From assembly GCA_017499595.2 (NCBI GenBank), contig CM039001.1:434001-498000 (forward strand): 64,000 nucleotides of DNA. The letters are read 5' to 3'. The notes under the pieces were generated by a model, which had not been told where the DNA came from, searched no databases, and saw only the letters and a list, made by a program, of their open reading frames with translations. The stretch comes from Psilocybe cubensis (lineage: Eukaryota). The translations under genes were made by a program, and so were the position numbers. Of this stretch, positions 63,152-64,000 are shown piece by piece; within the stretch, counting starts at the first letter, position 1; the number at the start of each line of letters is the position of its first letter.

Positions 63152-64000
63152 CTACCGCACGCCTGTAGGCGGCACCCACTCCGGCACCTTCCCCCACCCA
63201 AACCTCTCCGCAGCCCACGACTCCTTCGCCCACCCAGGCTGCATATCCGTATACACCCCCTCCGGCTGCGGGAGCATCGCGTCATACGGCGTCGTGCCGG
63301 GGATATACCGGAACTTGCTCTGCGAGGGCGAGGCAGAGGCTTGGAGGAGAGGGGTGAAGTCCAGCGCGAGCGCGGAGGATGCGGCGGCTGGTTTGGGTAC
63401 AGAGCCGAAAGAGTTACTACTAGAGGCGGTGGTGAATGAAGAGGGGAAGGCGGGGTTGGATGCACTCGTCGGCGTGTCCATCGAGACGCTCGTCGACGGT
63501 GCCGTGCTTCCGAACGGTCCCGCCCCGCCTCCAAATACAGACCCCGTATTGTTCGCAAGGTTCCCAAACGCACTCTGCGTCTGTGCAGGCTGGCCAAATG
63601 CACTCGGCTGCCCGAACACGCTGCCGCCCGTCTGCTGTTGCTGACCAAACGCACTGGGCTGGCCGAACACGCTTCCTCCCGTCGTCGCCTGCTGCTGCTG
63701 CTGCTGTTGTTGTTGTTGAGTAGGCTGTCCAAACGACCCCTGCCCAAACACACTCCCGCCAGTATTCTGCGCCGCACCAGCACCAGCACCAAGCCCGCTA
63801 AACGCACTTTGCCCAAACACACTCCCGCTTGGGTTCGTCGCCGATGCCTGGGCCGGCTGCCCAAATGCGCCTGTCGTACTAGCAGGCTGGCCAAATGCAC
63901 CCGTAGTTGCAGCAGGTTGTCCAAACGCCCCTGTCGTACTGGCAGCTGGCTGTCCAAACGCGCTGGTCGTAGGCTGTCCAAACGCACCCGTTGTAGATTG
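63152..64000 (-). CDS. FG-repeat nucleoporin, 3' part (Nup42/Amo1-like; 5' end outside the window)
   Basis: Many AFGQP/SVFGQ repeats, a poly-Gln tract, and C-terminal FGWGKVPEWVPP resembling the Nup42/Amo1 terminal motif. Confidence 0.8.
   Translation of the reverse strand, partial: QSTTGAFGQPTTSAFGQPAASTTGAFGQPAATTGAFGQPASTTGAFGQPAQASATNPSGSVFGQSAFSGLGAGAGAAQNTGGSVFGQGSFGQPTQQQQQQQQQQATTGGSVFGQPSAFGQQQQTGGSVFGQPSAFGQPAQTQSAFGNLANNTGSVFGGGAGPFGSTAPSTSVSMDTPTSASNPAFPSSFTTASSSNSFGSVPKPAAASSALALDFTPLLQASASPSQSKFRYIPGTTPYDAMLPQPEGVYTDMQPGWAKESWAAERFGWGKVPEWVPPTGVR

Noticed and set aside
62941..63987. 348-aa Arg-rich ORF on the minus strand
   Set aside because: Alternative frame of the FG-repeat nucleoporin; an artefact of repetitive GC-rich codons.

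Overview
This is eukaryotic genomic DNA from an intron-rich fungus. Short 50-70 nt GT-AG introns with CTRAC/CTAAC branch sites and Agaricomycete-type gene families point to a mushroom-forming basidiomycete; the species cannot be named from the sequence. The backbone is conserved genes: Dicer 3' end, CHS5, VPS41, a GNAT-like protein, phytase, an acetate transporter, a P450, GH16, a HIT-like protein, CDK8/SSN3 head-to-head with an RPD3-type HDAC, a purine permease, a peroxisomal Nudix CoA-diphosphatase, a tandem dual-specificity phosphatase and an FG-nucleoporin 3' end. The most notable feature is a repeated lineage-specific cassette: one or two intronless, highly diverged cyclin-fold genes lie directly upstream of, and co-oriented with, a FunK1-type fungal kinase. 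Each kinase has an N-terminal PD-(D/E)xK nuclease-like motif and a C-terminal NLS-like tail. The cassette occurs at 11.1-16.5 kb (+) and 53.1-56.8 kb (-), with a third, frameshifted kinase remnant at 61.8-62.5 kb. Also present are a clean hAT-type MITE (17-bp TIRs, 8-bp TSD) in the permease promoter and a tandem pair of DUF6533-like membrane genes. All family calls are by-eye motif recognition; no searches were run, and exon boundaries are manual estimates.
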